From: a virus
Direction: 5' to 3' (one strand)
Length of the DNA stretch: 64,000 nt
IMG/VR virus record: IMGVR_UViG_3300031715_000001
Coordinates: 32,001-96,000 of that record
In this document: piece by piece, positions 47,463-56,702 of the stretch
Layout of the letters: each line of letters begins with the position of its first letter
Numbering within the stretch: position 1 is the first letter of the stretch
Position numbers and translations under genes: made by a program
The notes under the pieces: generated by a model
Told to the model about the DNA's origin: nothing
The model's input: the letters and a program-made list of their open reading frames with translations, nothing else
The model's database searches: none

Positions 47463-47957
47463 TTATTGGCTCATGTCCTGCAACACCGTTCCGTCGTACA
47501 GCAGATCGATGATCCCGCCCACTCCATAAGCTGTTGCGATATTCAAGGCCGGATTGAAGTGCGACCGTATTGGGATTGCCGGGCCGTCGTTGTACGCGCA
47601 CGAATTCACGCCGACCTGCAAGGTATGGGCGAGCTTGATCCGGAACTCGACACCCACCGCCAGAACAGGTCCAGAGCCTTCGGGACACGCGATTGCGTTA
47701 TTCGCGCCCGTCTCGGTGAGGATCACATGCGGGAACTCGGTGAGCCCGGTCACCGTCTGGTCGACCATCAGGAGCAACTGGTAAAGCGACATCACCACTT
47801 GGTGCACGCGGTCGATGTACTGATACCACGGGATGCTGAAGACGTTCTCGGTAAGAGTACTCTTCGGGTCAGTCGATGGCGCGAGGACTTGATCCTCGTA
47901 ATTAGGCATCGGAGTCAATTGAATGACTGTACCCGGTGTGATTGCAGTAGTACTCAT
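47463..47957 (-). CDS. Virion structural protein (post-gp10 position)
   Basis: PWYQY motif; synteny. Confidence 0.55.
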   Translation of the reverse strand: MSTTAITPGTVIQLTPMPNYEDQVLAPSTDPKSTLTENVFSIPWYQYIDRVHQVVMSLYQLLLMVDQTVTGLTEFPHVILTETGANNAIACPEGSGPVLAVGVEFRIKLAHTLQVGVNSCAYNDGPAIPIRSHFNPALNIATAYGVGGIIDLLYDGTVLQDMSQ

Positions 47958-48069
47958 CTCAAGTATTCAATGATCTTTGGGGGTTCACGCTTGTCTCAGC
48001 ACGCGAGGAGAGACTGGGCTTTGGTTCGTGCGCGCTCCGGGCCGTTGGGATTAAGATTGAGCTATCGAC

Positions 48070-48399
48070 GTGGTTCGGATGACTCCCACACACAACCCGG
48101 TCGCAAATGTGGCCGTGCTCGCTGGCAACTTCGTTCAGTTCGAATGGTACGTGAAAGAGTATATCCGGGACTCGCCTAAGATCGAAGTGGCCTACTTCCA
48201 CGGCTTTTCCGTCCAGGTGGGAGACCGTCGCTTTATCTACGCCAGCGACCGATACCGAATCGTTGGGCTTCCGTTGGACGACGTGGTCTGTGTCGGAACG
48301 TGGTATGAGAACCCAGACGCCATCGAAATCAAGAACACTGCCGAGCTGTACCGACGGAGACCTATCGCCTCTTCCCCAATAAACGAACCGCTCGGTTAA
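48070..48399 (+). CDS. Cargo hypothetical protein
   Basis: AVLAGNFVQFEWY...VGTWYE. Confidence 0.6.
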   Translation: MVRMTPTHNPVANVAVLAGNFVQFEWYVKEYIRDSPKIEVAYFHGFSVQVGDRRFIYASDRYRIVGLPLDDVVCVGTWYENPDAIEIKNTAELYRRRPIASSPINEPLG

Positions 48400-48417
48400 G
48401 CGCACGAGCAGTTCCGT

Positions 48418-48711
48418 TTATCGGCCCGGAATCGGGTTCCATCCGCAGGGCTCCTTGCATTCCACAATCGTGATGGTCTTCCAGTGTTGTCCTAATTCGC
48501 GCTTTACAAGATTCACCACTTGTCGCGGCGAATCGCACCATGTGACACCTCCGAAGCCAGGAGAATCCATGAGCACCTCGTATCGTCGGCTCGGCCTTGA
48601 TCCAGGGCCAATCGGCAGTGCCCAAGCTCCCATCATCAACAGGAGTGCGGCAAGGGTGGCGAAGAAAACCTGCCGATAAACGGACCGGCCGATCGAAGAC
48701 TTGATCTTCAT
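48418..48711 (-). CDS. Cargo membrane protein
   Basis: ATG emerges from the element stem; TM helix; stop lies in TAAACGGAACTGC. Confidence 0.55.
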   Translation of the reverse strand: MKIKSSIGRSVYRQVFFATLAALLLMMGAWALPIGPGSRPSRRYEVLMDSPGFGGVTWCDSPRQVVNLVKRELGQHWKTITIVECKEPCGWNPIPGR

Positions 48712-48835
48712 TGCGCCCGTCGGCCAGAAGCGAAGATGGGTGCCCCTGCTTATCCGCAGGACAAGGCCGGGTATCCAGGATGCGAGTGGACGAGGAGGGC
48801 GCAAAACGGAAATATGGTATACCATACTTCACTTC

Positions 48836-50590
48836 TTATGAAGGCCCCAATTCAATCAAGGCATTATAAATAGCTTTCAGTTGTCGAGCCGTACTCTTGA
48901 TCTTAAAAGTCTTTGAAATCCAGAAAGCACCGAGTGAGTACCACACAGGCTTAGGATCGAAGACTTGAGGATTAGTCTGCGAGTTCTGCGTCATATCGGT
49001 GATCTCGTCCGGCGTCAGGAAAGTTCCCTCATACTCTCCAGATCGTCCAAGCGATGCAGCTCCGGCATCTACCCAGGTGCGCGCACCGTCCGATGACGTG
49101 GCCAGGTTGACGGTGGGGATCAGCGGCTTTCCATCCAGCCCCAAGTTAGCGGGGTCGATTGTTCCTAACTCGCAATCGAGGGCAAAACATTTGATGTTCT
49201 GCATTTCGAGGTTGGAATTGATGTGCGGGGAAATCCGCATCACCGGGATATCGACGCCGTCGTCCTGGTCGAAGTCGGGCGAAACCTGCCAGATCTTGCC
49301 CGAAGCGAAGCCCGCGACCAAGTCCATCCTGGTCCCGCTCGGCCAGGTGACGTGTACCCGAAAAGTTCCCGGGTCGGCCCCATATACTTCGTCCTCGGGC
49401 GTCTCCGGACCCATTTCCGACCACACACCGCCCGCCGTCTGGTCCCATTCCCAGGTTCGATTCGCGGTTGGAAAGTCAATGCGGTAAATCGAGTGCCCGC
49501 CCTCGAGGTACGTCGAGCCAATGGCATCGTAGACGAGAGGATAGCTTCGCATGGCGTTTTCGATGCCGTGATCGGAAATACGCACAGGCGCTCCACCAGC
49601 GGAGTGAACGATCTGATCCTCGCCCCGCAGCGTGCTAAGCAGGCTGCAGATCGATCCATCGGCGAGCTTCGCCACCGACCACGGCGCGGATGTCCCGGCG
49701 TTGATATTGCGCCCGCTCACTCTGGTGAAAGGGAAATCGGCGTTTCCGGAGTCGCCCCAGACTTCGGTTTGGCTCGTGTCTCCGATCAAAGCCAATTGTC
49801 CGTTGACTTCTTGGATGGCCCCAATATTGTCGATCGAGCCCGATTTGTCCGCGAAATCGAGCTCGTCCCAGGTGCTTCCGTCCCCGAGCGCTGAGAGACG
49901 AAACTGCTTGGTGTTGGGTTGAGAGACGATGAAGTAGTCGTCGATAAATTCCGGCATGACGCCGGTCAAATACTCGGTGCCGGCCTGATAAGCCACGTCC
50001 TCGATCATTCCGGCGTCTTTGTCCAACACTAGGTCCGTGGCGTCTGTAACGGCGATGACGTTGTAGAGAGTCGTGCCGATCATGAACAGATCGCCTGGCA
50101 GGACATCGCCGCCCGCGCCCTGGAAAAGCGCGCCCGATACCCAACTGACCGCGTTGCCGTTTACGTTTACTGTTCCGGTCGCATAGCTGATGATCGGACG
50201 GAAGAGTGAGACTCCGTTGTAGAGGTACACATTGCCGGCGCTGCACACCAAAAGCTGTAAGCCGTTGGCCCGCATGGTGGCCGGATTTCCACCTACCGCG
50301 ATCGGTCCGGCCGCGTGGCTGGAAGTGTCTTCGAATATCTCGTAGAGCATCCCCCCACAAACGACGAAGACCCTGGTCTTGTTGGCCCACATCCCTTGTA
50401 CGCCGGCGCCGGGTGTTTTAAGAGTGGTGAAGAGCTTTTTGCCGGAACGCGGGAATAAGGTGAAGGGACTTTTCGAAGCAGGATCCATATTCTGCTCGAT
50501 CCGCATGTTTACGGTACGCGTGGCCGAGGCTCCTCTAGCCCGTGAGTTGTAGGAGCCAGCGCAGAAATTAGCTATGGGCGTCAGTGGCAT
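48836..50590 (-). CDS. Packaged-DNA stabilization/tail hub protein (P22 gp10-like)
   Basis: FIDDYFIV...WDELDFA, TEVW..SG...FPF, ISDHGIE, GHSIY..FPTA motifs. Confidence 0.85.
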   Translation of the reverse strand: MPLTPIANFCAGSYNSRARGASATRTVNMRIEQNMDPASKSPFTLFPRSGKKLFTTLKTPGAGVQGMWANKTRVFVVCGGMLYEIFEDTSSHAAGPIAVGGNPATMRANGLQLLVCSAGNVYLYNGVSLFRPIISYATGTVNVNGNAVSWVSGALFQGAGGDVLPGDLFMIGTTLYNVIAVTDATDLVLDKDAGMIEDVAYQAGTEYLTGVMPEFIDDYFIVSQPNTKQFRLSALGDGSTWDELDFADKSGSIDNIGAIQEVNGQLALIGDTSQTEVWGDSGNADFPFTRVSGRNINAGTSAPWSVAKLADGSICSLLSTLRGEDQIVHSAGGAPVRISDHGIENAMRSYPLVYDAIGSTYLEGGHSIYRIDFPTANRTWEWDQTAGGVWSEMGPETPEDEVYGADPGTFRVHVTWPSGTRMDLVAGFASGKIWQVSPDFDQDDGVDIPVMRISPHINSNLEMQNIKCFALDCELGTIDPANLGLDGKPLIPTVNLATSSDGARTWVDAGAASLGRSGEYEGTFLTPDEITDMTQNSQTNPQVFDPKPVWYSLGAFWISKTFKIKSTARQLKAIYNALIELGPS

Positions 50591-50621
50591 GGATCGGAAA
50601 AGCTAGAATTGGGCTTAGGTT

Positions 50622-51013
50622 CGTTTCGCAGCGAACTGAGGTTTCGCTGCGGAGGGGCTGTGAGCAAGAACTTTCCACTGACCGCACGAAAGTACGATCT
50701 TTATGTAGCCTTGGATGAGGCGGTAGAAGTTGGCCGCGTACTATTCGCAGGGCGCAAGCGGCGTTTCGTGATTAAGGAGCTTATGTCTCGCGAGGCGTGG
50801 GATGCCGAAAGAGCCATTCCGCCCCAAGGCGATCCGAAGGGGCGCTGGCTAGGGCCTGGAAAATGTGACGACAAGCCCAATGATGAAAGCCTGAGCTACA
50901 ACCCGTCCGCAGGCATTCCAGAAGAATGCAAATTCTTCTATGGGGCGGACTACCTACCTCAGGACCTCAGGACTAATCCCCAACGTGCCCGTGCTCCGGG
51001 AGGGCACGAGACG
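50622..51013. mobile_element. Hairpin-bounded cassette, antisense
   Basis: Left CGTTTCGCAGCG-AACTGAGGTTT-CGCTGCGGAGGGG; right 50978-51013. Confidence 0.7.
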
Positions 51014-51031
51014 GACCACAGGCCTGATTGA
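50660..51031 (+). CDS. Cargo hypothetical protein
   Basis: GTG after the element's GGAGG; reads through the right end. Confidence 0.55.
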   Translation: MSKNFPLTARKYDLYVALDEAVEVGRVLFAGRKRRFVIKELMSREAWDAERAIPPQGDPKGRWLGPGKCDDKPNDESLSYNPSAGIPEECKFFYGADYLPQDLRTNPQRARAPGGHETDHRPD

Positions 51032-51216
51032 TGATGTGCCCTCGCTGCCGTAGGGAGCTTTCCCTTGGCGAAGTCCACATCGCCTGCTCTCCAGCGATTA
51101 CCATGGCGTGCCCGATATGCCGCGCCGAAAATGACCGTACACGCTCAAAGTGCCATCACTGCGAATCCGAGCTGCATCCCAAGCGGCAGGTTCAGCATGT
51201 GACCACTGATCACTGA
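51028..51216 (+). CDS. Small Zn-ribbon protein
   Basis: CPRC, CPIC, CHHC. Confidence 0.5.
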   Translation: MMMCPRCRRELSLGEVHIACSPAITMACPICRAENDRTRSKCHHCESELHPKRQVQHVTTDH

Positions 51217-51950
51217 TATCTGTTTCCAAGATATACGTTACTTCTTCGGTCTCCCACCGCCCAGTCGAGTTCTCTCTTTAATGGCCGGTCGTTGTTCATC
51301 TTGATCAGTGCGAGTGATCGGATGGCATTGGCTCGCGTGTCTTCCGACATTTGCTGTTCGTTGGGATAGCGCGCGGCCAATTGTACGGCTAAATTGGACT
51401 CGATCATCATCTGGTAGCCGTTGGGATAAGTCAGTTCGGCGTCGCCAGTGGCATCGATTTGCGAAAGCGGCTGCTCGAGATACAACGCTATCTGGTTGGC
51501 ATCGGTCGGAACGAATACCAAGTGCAGGGTACCAAGGGGCGGCTGAGAGCGTTCGTAGTAGAAGCATCTTGGATAACTGATAGTCTGGGTCTTTAATGTC
51601 CAGCCCTGCCATTCATCGAGCGTGAGTGGTTGCATCCGATATTCAGGGTAGGGCGCGTTGGCTGTGACGGTTACGAGTACCCCGGCGCGTTCGATCTGGT
51701 TCGGTGCGACCGGCATATCGAAGTCTCCGCCCGGTCCTACCAGATAATCGCCCTGGTTCGAAACCAGAGGAAACAGCATACGTGCGACGTGCGAGACGGT
51801 GAAGCCGTCGGCGGCTAGTTGATCGACGAAGCGGTTGTAGAGCTGCCGGCATTCCTCGTTCTGATCTGGAGAGAGGATGGTCTGCTCGGTTTTGACAATC
51901 CCTGCGTCTCTAAATGCGCCGTAGAATAATTGAGTGATCGATATGCCCAT
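51210..51950 (-). CDS. Head-tail adaptor (P22 gp4-like)
   Basis: YLVGPGGDF...P..GY...IESNLAVQLAARY. Confidence 0.7.
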   Translation of the reverse strand: MGISITQLFYGAFRDAGIVKTEQTILSPDQNEECRQLYNRFVDQLAADGFTVSHVARMLFPLVSNQGDYLVGPGGDFDMPVAPNQIERAGVLVTVTANAPYPEYRMQPLTLDEWQGWTLKTQTISYPRCFYYERSQPPLGTLHLVFVPTDANQIALYLEQPLSQIDATGDAELTYPNGYQMMIESNLAVQLAARYPNEQQMSEDTRANAIRSLALIKMNNDRPLKRELDWAVGDRRSNVYLGNRYQ

Positions 51951-51984
51951 GAGGATTTAGGAGAAACTGAAATGACGTTAGGAG

Positions 51985-52484
51985 CGTTTCGTGCCGCACT
52001 GAATTAGCGACACGGTCGGAATATGATCATCGTTCGTCTATCTCTGTGGCAAAAGCTAAAGTTACTTTTCGGTTGGTACCTGCAGATCGAGGAATGGCCA
52101 ATCGGTCAGAGTTATTACCAGTACGTGCTAGGGCCTTGGGAAACACCGCGACAATTCAGGAGCCGGTGGCGGTGCGAGCGTTGCGGTGAATATATCGAAG
52201 GTGATCGTGATGGTCATAAGTGTGTTCCGCGTCGGCCTCCGTATAGTTCCTATGTTTACGGTGAAGGTGTTGTGCTCGCTGAGATCCTTAAAGTGGTAGG
52301 CAGGCGGGGTATTCAACTCCGTGACATTCAGAATCTCCCAGGCGTTCTCGAACAGGACTATTCGACAATTCAGGACAGGATTGAAGAATACGAAAAGCAG
52401 ATCGCCGTCCTGGAGACGATCAAATCGTCAAGTGTGCCCGACACAGATCCCCAACGTGCCCGTGCTCCAGGAGGGCACGAGACG
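51985..52484. mobile_element. Hairpin-bounded cassette, antisense
   Basis: Left 51985-52019; right 52449-52484. Confidence 0.7.
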
Positions 52485-52490
52485 GAATAA
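52023..52490 (+). CDS. Cargo hypothetical protein
   Basis: CERC motif and coiled coil; reads through the right end. Confidence 0.6.
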   Translation: MIIVRLSLWQKLKLLFGWYLQIEEWPIGQSYYQYVLGPWETPRQFRSRWRCERCGEYIEGDRDGHKCVPRRPPYSSYVYGEGVVLAEILKVVGRRGIQLRDIQNLPGVLEQDYSTIQDRIEEYEKQIAVLETIKSSSVPDTDPQRARAPGGHETE

Positions 52491-52498
52491 AGTTGAAT

Positions 52499-52894
52499 TT
52501 AATTCAGTAAGAACTGCTTGCTATTGGATGTCGTAATTGTCACCATTGCCCCGGCAGCGTGAGGGACGGCATTTGTTCCAAGGGGAAAGGCAACCGTTGG
52601 CCATCCCAGGGTGAAAGCGCGGATGACTGGAACATGCGAGCTGCCGATGCGCCAGCGCGAAGTGACCTGCATGTACTCCCGATCGATCTGAATCAACGTC
52701 GGCGTCGAATGGTGACAGCCTCCCGAGTCAGGATGCAAGATTCCTGTAGGGTCCGCGACAATGATGTAGTCCTCGGTGATTCCCACCGCGTTCGCCAGCA
52801 CGGTCGTGTAGGTGTTGACACGGGTGACGGGTGGCGGAGGAGGAGGCGGCGCCGCTGGCTGCGAGAGATCGAAAACCAGCAGCGCCGCATGCAT
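52499..52894 (-). CDS. Small structural protein, paralog of 54784-55089
   Basis: TYTT.L.NAVG...IQID.EYM.V...HAAGA. Confidence 0.65.
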   Translation of the reverse strand: MHAALLVFDLSQPAAPPPPPPPVTRVNTYTTVLANAVGITEDYIIVADPTGILHPDSGGCHHSTPTLIQIDREYMQVTSRWRIGSSHVPVIRAFTLGWPTVAFPLGTNAVPHAAGAMVTITTSNSKQFLLN

Positions 52895-52899
52895 GAGGT

Positions 52900-53427
52900 T
52901 CAGTACTGCGTGTACGAAATCATAATGTTCACGGTGCCGGCCGCGCTATTGGTAGCGCACAACGCGCTCCCCGCCGGCGTCTGAAATAGAGTTCCGATCC
53001 CCGAACCTAGGCCCCAAGGAGGCGCACTGGTCGAGAGGGGGAAGTTCCAGGTCGGCGTCAGCGTGGCGGTCGGAGTAGCGCACGCCGTACCTGTTCCGGC
53101 GATAAATTTCAGGGTGGTGGCCGTCGAGGTAACCGAGCCCTGCACTGAAATCGCGCAGACCCGGATCGCCGTCGTCCCTGAGAGCGCCACAATCTGCGTC
53201 GTGGTCGCAGTCGCCATCTGCAATTGCGCGGAGTTGTTGCAGACAGCGAGACCGGTCTGAAGTCCTGCGGCGTTGCCGGCGATATAGATCGCCTTGGCAG
53301 GCACGGCGCTTCCTGTCGCACTACTGGCCGCGTCTACAACCGGGGCGGGTTGAGCGACGTTCAGATCCGCGCGGCACACTAAAAAGACAACGAGCAGTGC
53401 GAGCGCCAGGCGCAAGGTCGATTTCAA
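52900..53427 (-). CDS. Signal-peptide beta-sandwich protein
   Basis: MKSTLRLALALLVVFLVCRA. Confidence 0.6.
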   Translation of the reverse strand: MKSTLRLALALLVVFLVCRADLNVAQPAPVVDAASSATGSAVPAKAIYIAGNAAGLQTGLAVCNNSAQLQMATATTTQIVALSGTTAIRVCAISVQGSVTSTATTLKFIAGTGTACATPTATLTPTWNFPLSTSAPPWGLGSGIGTLFQTPAGSALCATNSAAGTVNIMISYTQY

Positions 53428-53431
53428 AAGG

Positions 53432-54235
53432 TTACTCCCTGGTCAGTAAATGAAGGTTGAGGGCCGAAGCGGTGCCCGCGATCGCCGTGATGCCCGAGGC
53501 CATAACTACGCCGCCCAGGTCCATGCCGCCGTTGGCGCCGCAACCCATGTTGGAATTCGGGGGAATCGAGAAATCGCCGTTGCCGCCGATCCAGATAATC
53601 GGAGTGCCGGTTTTATCCTGGATGCGCAGCGTGACGGCGGAGTTGGTGATGTTATTCACGAAGCATTCGACCACGCAGCCCGTGACGGAACTGACTGACG
53701 TCCCCGTGCTGACTGCCACTCCCACCGTGTTGTGAATAACGTAGGCAGTTCCAGTTCCGCTGCAGCCGGCTGGAAGGTTGAAGGTACTGCCCAGGATGTT
53801 CGCCCCGGCCGGGAGAGCGTTGGTGATGGCGGTTACCGCCGTGATCGTTCCGCTATTGACCACTACGCCGTTGGTGGTCCCAGCGGTCGTTTGATCGATG
53901 CCAAACTTCCCGGCGATGGCCGTGCCTGCGGTGAGCGCTACGGCATTGGTGGTGCCCGGCGTGGTCTGATCGATTCCGAACTTGCCCAGCAGGTTCGTAC
54001 CGGCCGGGAGCGCGGCATTCACCTGTACGCCGTTGGTGGTGCCTGGTGTGGTCTGGTCGATGCCGAACTTGCCGGCCAGGGCGGATCCGGCCTGCAGGGT
54101 GACCGCCGAGCCTCCGCCGCCCGATTGATTCAACTGGCCCATGACCAGGCCCGCGCAAAGCAGCGAGACCAGCAGAGCGCTAACGATAAATTTCGGGCTC
54201 CTGAGAAGCGCCCGCGGCTGAATTCCGAATAGCAT
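53432..54235 (-). CDS. Signal-peptide protein with GKFGIDQTTPGTTN repeats
   Basis: Three internal repeats. Confidence 0.65.
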   Translation of the reverse strand: MLFGIQPRALLRSPKFIVSALLVSLLCAGLVMGQLNQSGGGGSAVTLQAGSALAGKFGIDQTTPGTTNGVQVNAALPAGTNLLGKFGIDQTTPGTTNAVALTAGTAIAGKFGIDQTTAGTTNGVVVNSGTITAVTAITNALPAGANILGSTFNLPAGCSGTGTAYVIHNTVGVAVSTGTSVSSVTGCVVECFVNNITNSAVTLRIQDKTGTPIIWIGGNGDFSIPPNSNMGCGANGGMDLGGVVMASGITAIAGTASALNLHLLTRE

Positions 54236-54247
54236 TGGTTTTACCTT

Positions 54248-54775
54248 TCAACTGTGGTCGTAATACACCGTGGCGAACACCCCGCAGGAAGCGTCATCGA
54301 AGTTTTCTACGGTGAGCCGAAAGAACGCTTCTGCCGGGATCTGGTGATAGTCCTTGTGAGGAGGTTCGTAGTCTTCGCTGGTACCGTTTGAAACCAGATA
54401 ACCGAGGATCGTCTCGACGCCGCCTGAAACCGATTTGACGGTCCAGACACAATCGCGGCTGGAAGCAACGATGACCTTGGCCAGCTTTCCGCCCGCTGAA
54501 ATGGCGGGGCAGTCGAAATTTTCAGAGCCCGCCGCCGCGAGAGTGCTATTGGAGAACACCTGAAAGGTCGGGTTCATGGGCCCGGCCTGGCGAACCACCG
54601 CGCCTCCGTCGGCTGAGCCCGGATCCACGGCGCGAACATCCTGCAAATCGCCGGCATTGGCACCTGCGATGCGTCCGCGTTCCCGGTAAACCAACTTGCC
54701 CGCGACTTCGAGCGAATCCGCATCGAGGCTTTTGCCCGGCCCGTCTTCCGGCAGTCCGATAACATCGTTGGCCAT
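54248..54775 (-). CDS. Virion structural protein
   Basis: Located in the late operon. Confidence 0.55.
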   Translation of the reverse strand: MANDVIGLPEDGPGKSLDADSLEVAGKLVYRERGRIAGANAGDLQDVRAVDPGSADGGAVVRQAGPMNPTFQVFSNSTLAAAGSENFDCPAISAGGKLAKVIVASSRDCVWTVKSVSGGVETILGYLVSNGTSEDYEPPHKDYHQIPAEAFFRLTVENFDDASCGVFATVYYDHS

Positions 54776-54783
54776 TTGGCTGT

Positions 54784-55089
54784 TTATTCGCGGCTATCAG
54801 TGGTCGTGATCATCACCGTAGCCCCGGCTGCGTGCACAACCACATCCGATCCTATGCTCGGTGCTTGCCAAGCCAGTCCGCGAACCACCGTGACGATATT
54901 CGAGCCGAAGCGGTAGCGGGCGTCGACGGCCATATACTCCTGATCGATTTGGATAATGGATTGGATGGCGTTGTGAGCCCCGCCTGAGTCCGCATTTACA
55001 ATTCCCGTTGGATTGGCGACGACGATGTAATTGTCCTGGAGGCCAACGGCGTTGAGCAGCGTCGTGGTATAAGTTTTGGTCGAGGGCAT
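54784..55089 (-). CDS. Small structural protein
   Basis: Paralog of 52499-52894. Confidence 0.65.
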   Translation of the reverse strand: MPSTKTYTTTLLNAVGLQDNYIVVANPTGIVNADSGGAHNAIQSIIQIDQEYMAVDARYRFGSNIVTVVRGLAWQAPSIGSDVVVHAAGATVMITTTDSRE

Positions 55090-55531
55090 CGTGTACGTTA
55101 TTCCGTTTCAGCTCAACGCTCGCGAGTATTCTATCTTCGTGGTCCTGCAGGAGGAGGGCTTGAAGCGGATCCGCGCCTACGATCCGGCCCAGGTGAACGT
55201 GCAGGCGCTAGGCCCGGCGTTTACGCATCTGCGGCTGAAGGATATTCACGTCGGGTACGCCACTGATTCTGAAATCCGGGAGGTCCTCAGACTCGCTGAA
55301 TTAGGGCGAGTGCAGGATGGCCTGAAGTGGCTATCCCGTGGTTTCGAGTTCAAGCCCGAATTCATACACCGTGGCGAACACCCCGCAGGAAGCGTCATCG
55401 AAGTTTTCTACGGTGAGCCGAAAGAACGCTTCTGCCGGGATCTGGTGATAGTCCTTGTCAAGCCCGAATTCGGGGATCACGACGGGCCGCCGTTGAGCCT
55501 GAAACGAAAGCCTGGGGAGCCCGCGCAGTGA
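55076..55531 (+). CDS. Antisense accessory protein carrying a 108-bp in-frame insertion
   Basis: See finding at 55350-55471; start uncertain. Confidence 0.55.
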   Translation: MVEGIVYVIPFQLNAREYSIFVVLQEEGLKRIRAYDPAQVNVQALGPAFTHLRLKDIHVGYATDSEIREVLRLAELGRVQDGLKWLSRGFEFKPEFIHRGEHPAGSVIEVFYGEPKERFCRDLVIVLVKPEFGDHDGPPLSLKRKPGEPAQ

Positions 55532-55544
55532 TACGCTTGCGAAT

Positions 55545-55811
55545 ATGCAACCAGCAACATCCGCTCCCAATGATCTGACGCGCGCTGATCGTCTGACCCC
55601 CGCCATCGAGGAGGAGATCGTTCGACAATTCTCACCTCAAATCTGGAATGACGAACAACAGATCCGGGGTGGCCTCGTTCGGGACGCACTTATTAAAGCG
55701 ACGGGCGTCATCATCGCCAACGTTCCGCCTGGTCCCGATCGCACGGTGGCACTACGTAAGCTGCGTGAGGCACGAATGGACTGTAGTGTGGCAATCAGCT
55801 TGAACATATAA
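55545..55811 (+). CDS. Small helical phage protein (possibly Acb2/Tad1-like)
   Basis: P.GPDRTVALRKLREARMDCSVAI resembles the 'RE.SLA.TKLEEA.MW.N.AI' family; stop lies in TAACCGGACTGC. Confidence 0.5.
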   Translation: MQPATSAPNDLTRADRLTPAIEEEIVRQFSPQIWNDEQQIRGGLVRDALIKATGVIIANVPPGPDRTVALRKLREARMDCSVAISLNI

Positions 55812-55840
55812 CCGGACTGCCGGGGCGGCGTCCGCTCTTC

Positions 55841-55871
55841 ATTGCGCCCGTTGCCAGGAGGGCGCAAAACG
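55841..55871 (-). repeat. Hairpin element (right end)
   Basis: ATTGCGCCC-GTTGCCAGGA-GGGCGCAAAACG. Confidence 0.75.
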
Positions 55872-55885
55872 AACCAAAGCCTTGA

Positions 55886-56647
55886 TCACTGTCCCGGAAC
55901 TACTGGTGTTCCATCACCCTTAGTAGGTCCAGCTAATGTTCTTGAAGATCCAAATGCTCCACTCAGTTTGTCATTATTGATCTGCTCTAACTTCTGAATT
56001 GCATCCTGATACTGTGCCGTCACTTCCGGGGTGACACTGAACCGGTAAGCGGGAGCTAGTGCGATCGTCAAACCGAGGCGCATCGGTAGGATATATTCAG
56101 TCGGAAAGTAGTTCTCGATCAGCTGCTGCTCGTCGCCTGGGGCAAAGGTGGTCAGCGGATTCCACTGCGCCTGCTTCAGGAATCCGTTGAACTGCGGGAT
56201 GGGCGCGACATTGATGGTCGCAATCGGCACGTTGTAGTCGTAGAAATAATCCGTGGGCCCGTCCGGATCCTGGAGAGTCCTTGTCGTCAGGCTTCCAAAC
56301 TGGGGCCGGGTCAGGATATTCAGCGGCCAGCGGCGCGCGGTTCCGACGATATACCAGACGGCCTGCACGTACACCGGCCTGGTGTAAGTGGGATTCGCGC
56401 CTCCGGTCTCGAAGTTTGGCGCAGCGCCGGCCCCCGGCCCGATCTGATAGCTCCCGACGCCCGCCGTGAGCGGATAAGAGACCTCGGGCACGAAGTTTAG
56501 CCGGAGCCTCGAGGCGGACCAGCTTTGCAGCATATCCGTCTGCGTTCGCATGGCGTGCGCGACACGTTGGCCGGACGGAGTCTGTCCGGGCGTGAGCGCG
56601 CCCACGTCAGAGAGCGAGTCGCTTATGAGGTCGAGTACAGAGGGCAT
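55886..56647 (-). CDS. Second head-tail adaptor (gp4-like paralog)
   Basis: LISDSLSDVG...YQIGPG...L.IALAPAY. Confidence 0.7.
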   Translation of the reverse strand: MPSVLDLISDSLSDVGALTPGQTPSGQRVAHAMRTQTDMLQSWSASRLRLNFVPEVSYPLTAGVGSYQIGPGAGAAPNFETGGANPTYTRPVYVQAVWYIVGTARRWPLNILTRPQFGSLTTRTLQDPDGPTDYFYDYNVPIATINVAPIPQFNGFLKQAQWNPLTTFAPGDEQQLIENYFPTEYILPMRLGLTIALAPAYRFSVTPEVTAQYQDAIQKLEQINNDKLSGAFGSSRTLAGPTKGDGTPVVPGQ

Positions 56648-56702
56648 CGGGAGCTATCGCGACCACTGCGGTTCGGACTGTTCAGCTTTTGTTTTGTCGG
56701 CT

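Larger units (their letters stand above)
48027..48808. mobile_element. Hairpin-bounded cassette with two convergent genes
   Basis: Degenerate left end 48027-48049; long-form right end 48711-48808. Confidence 0.6.
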
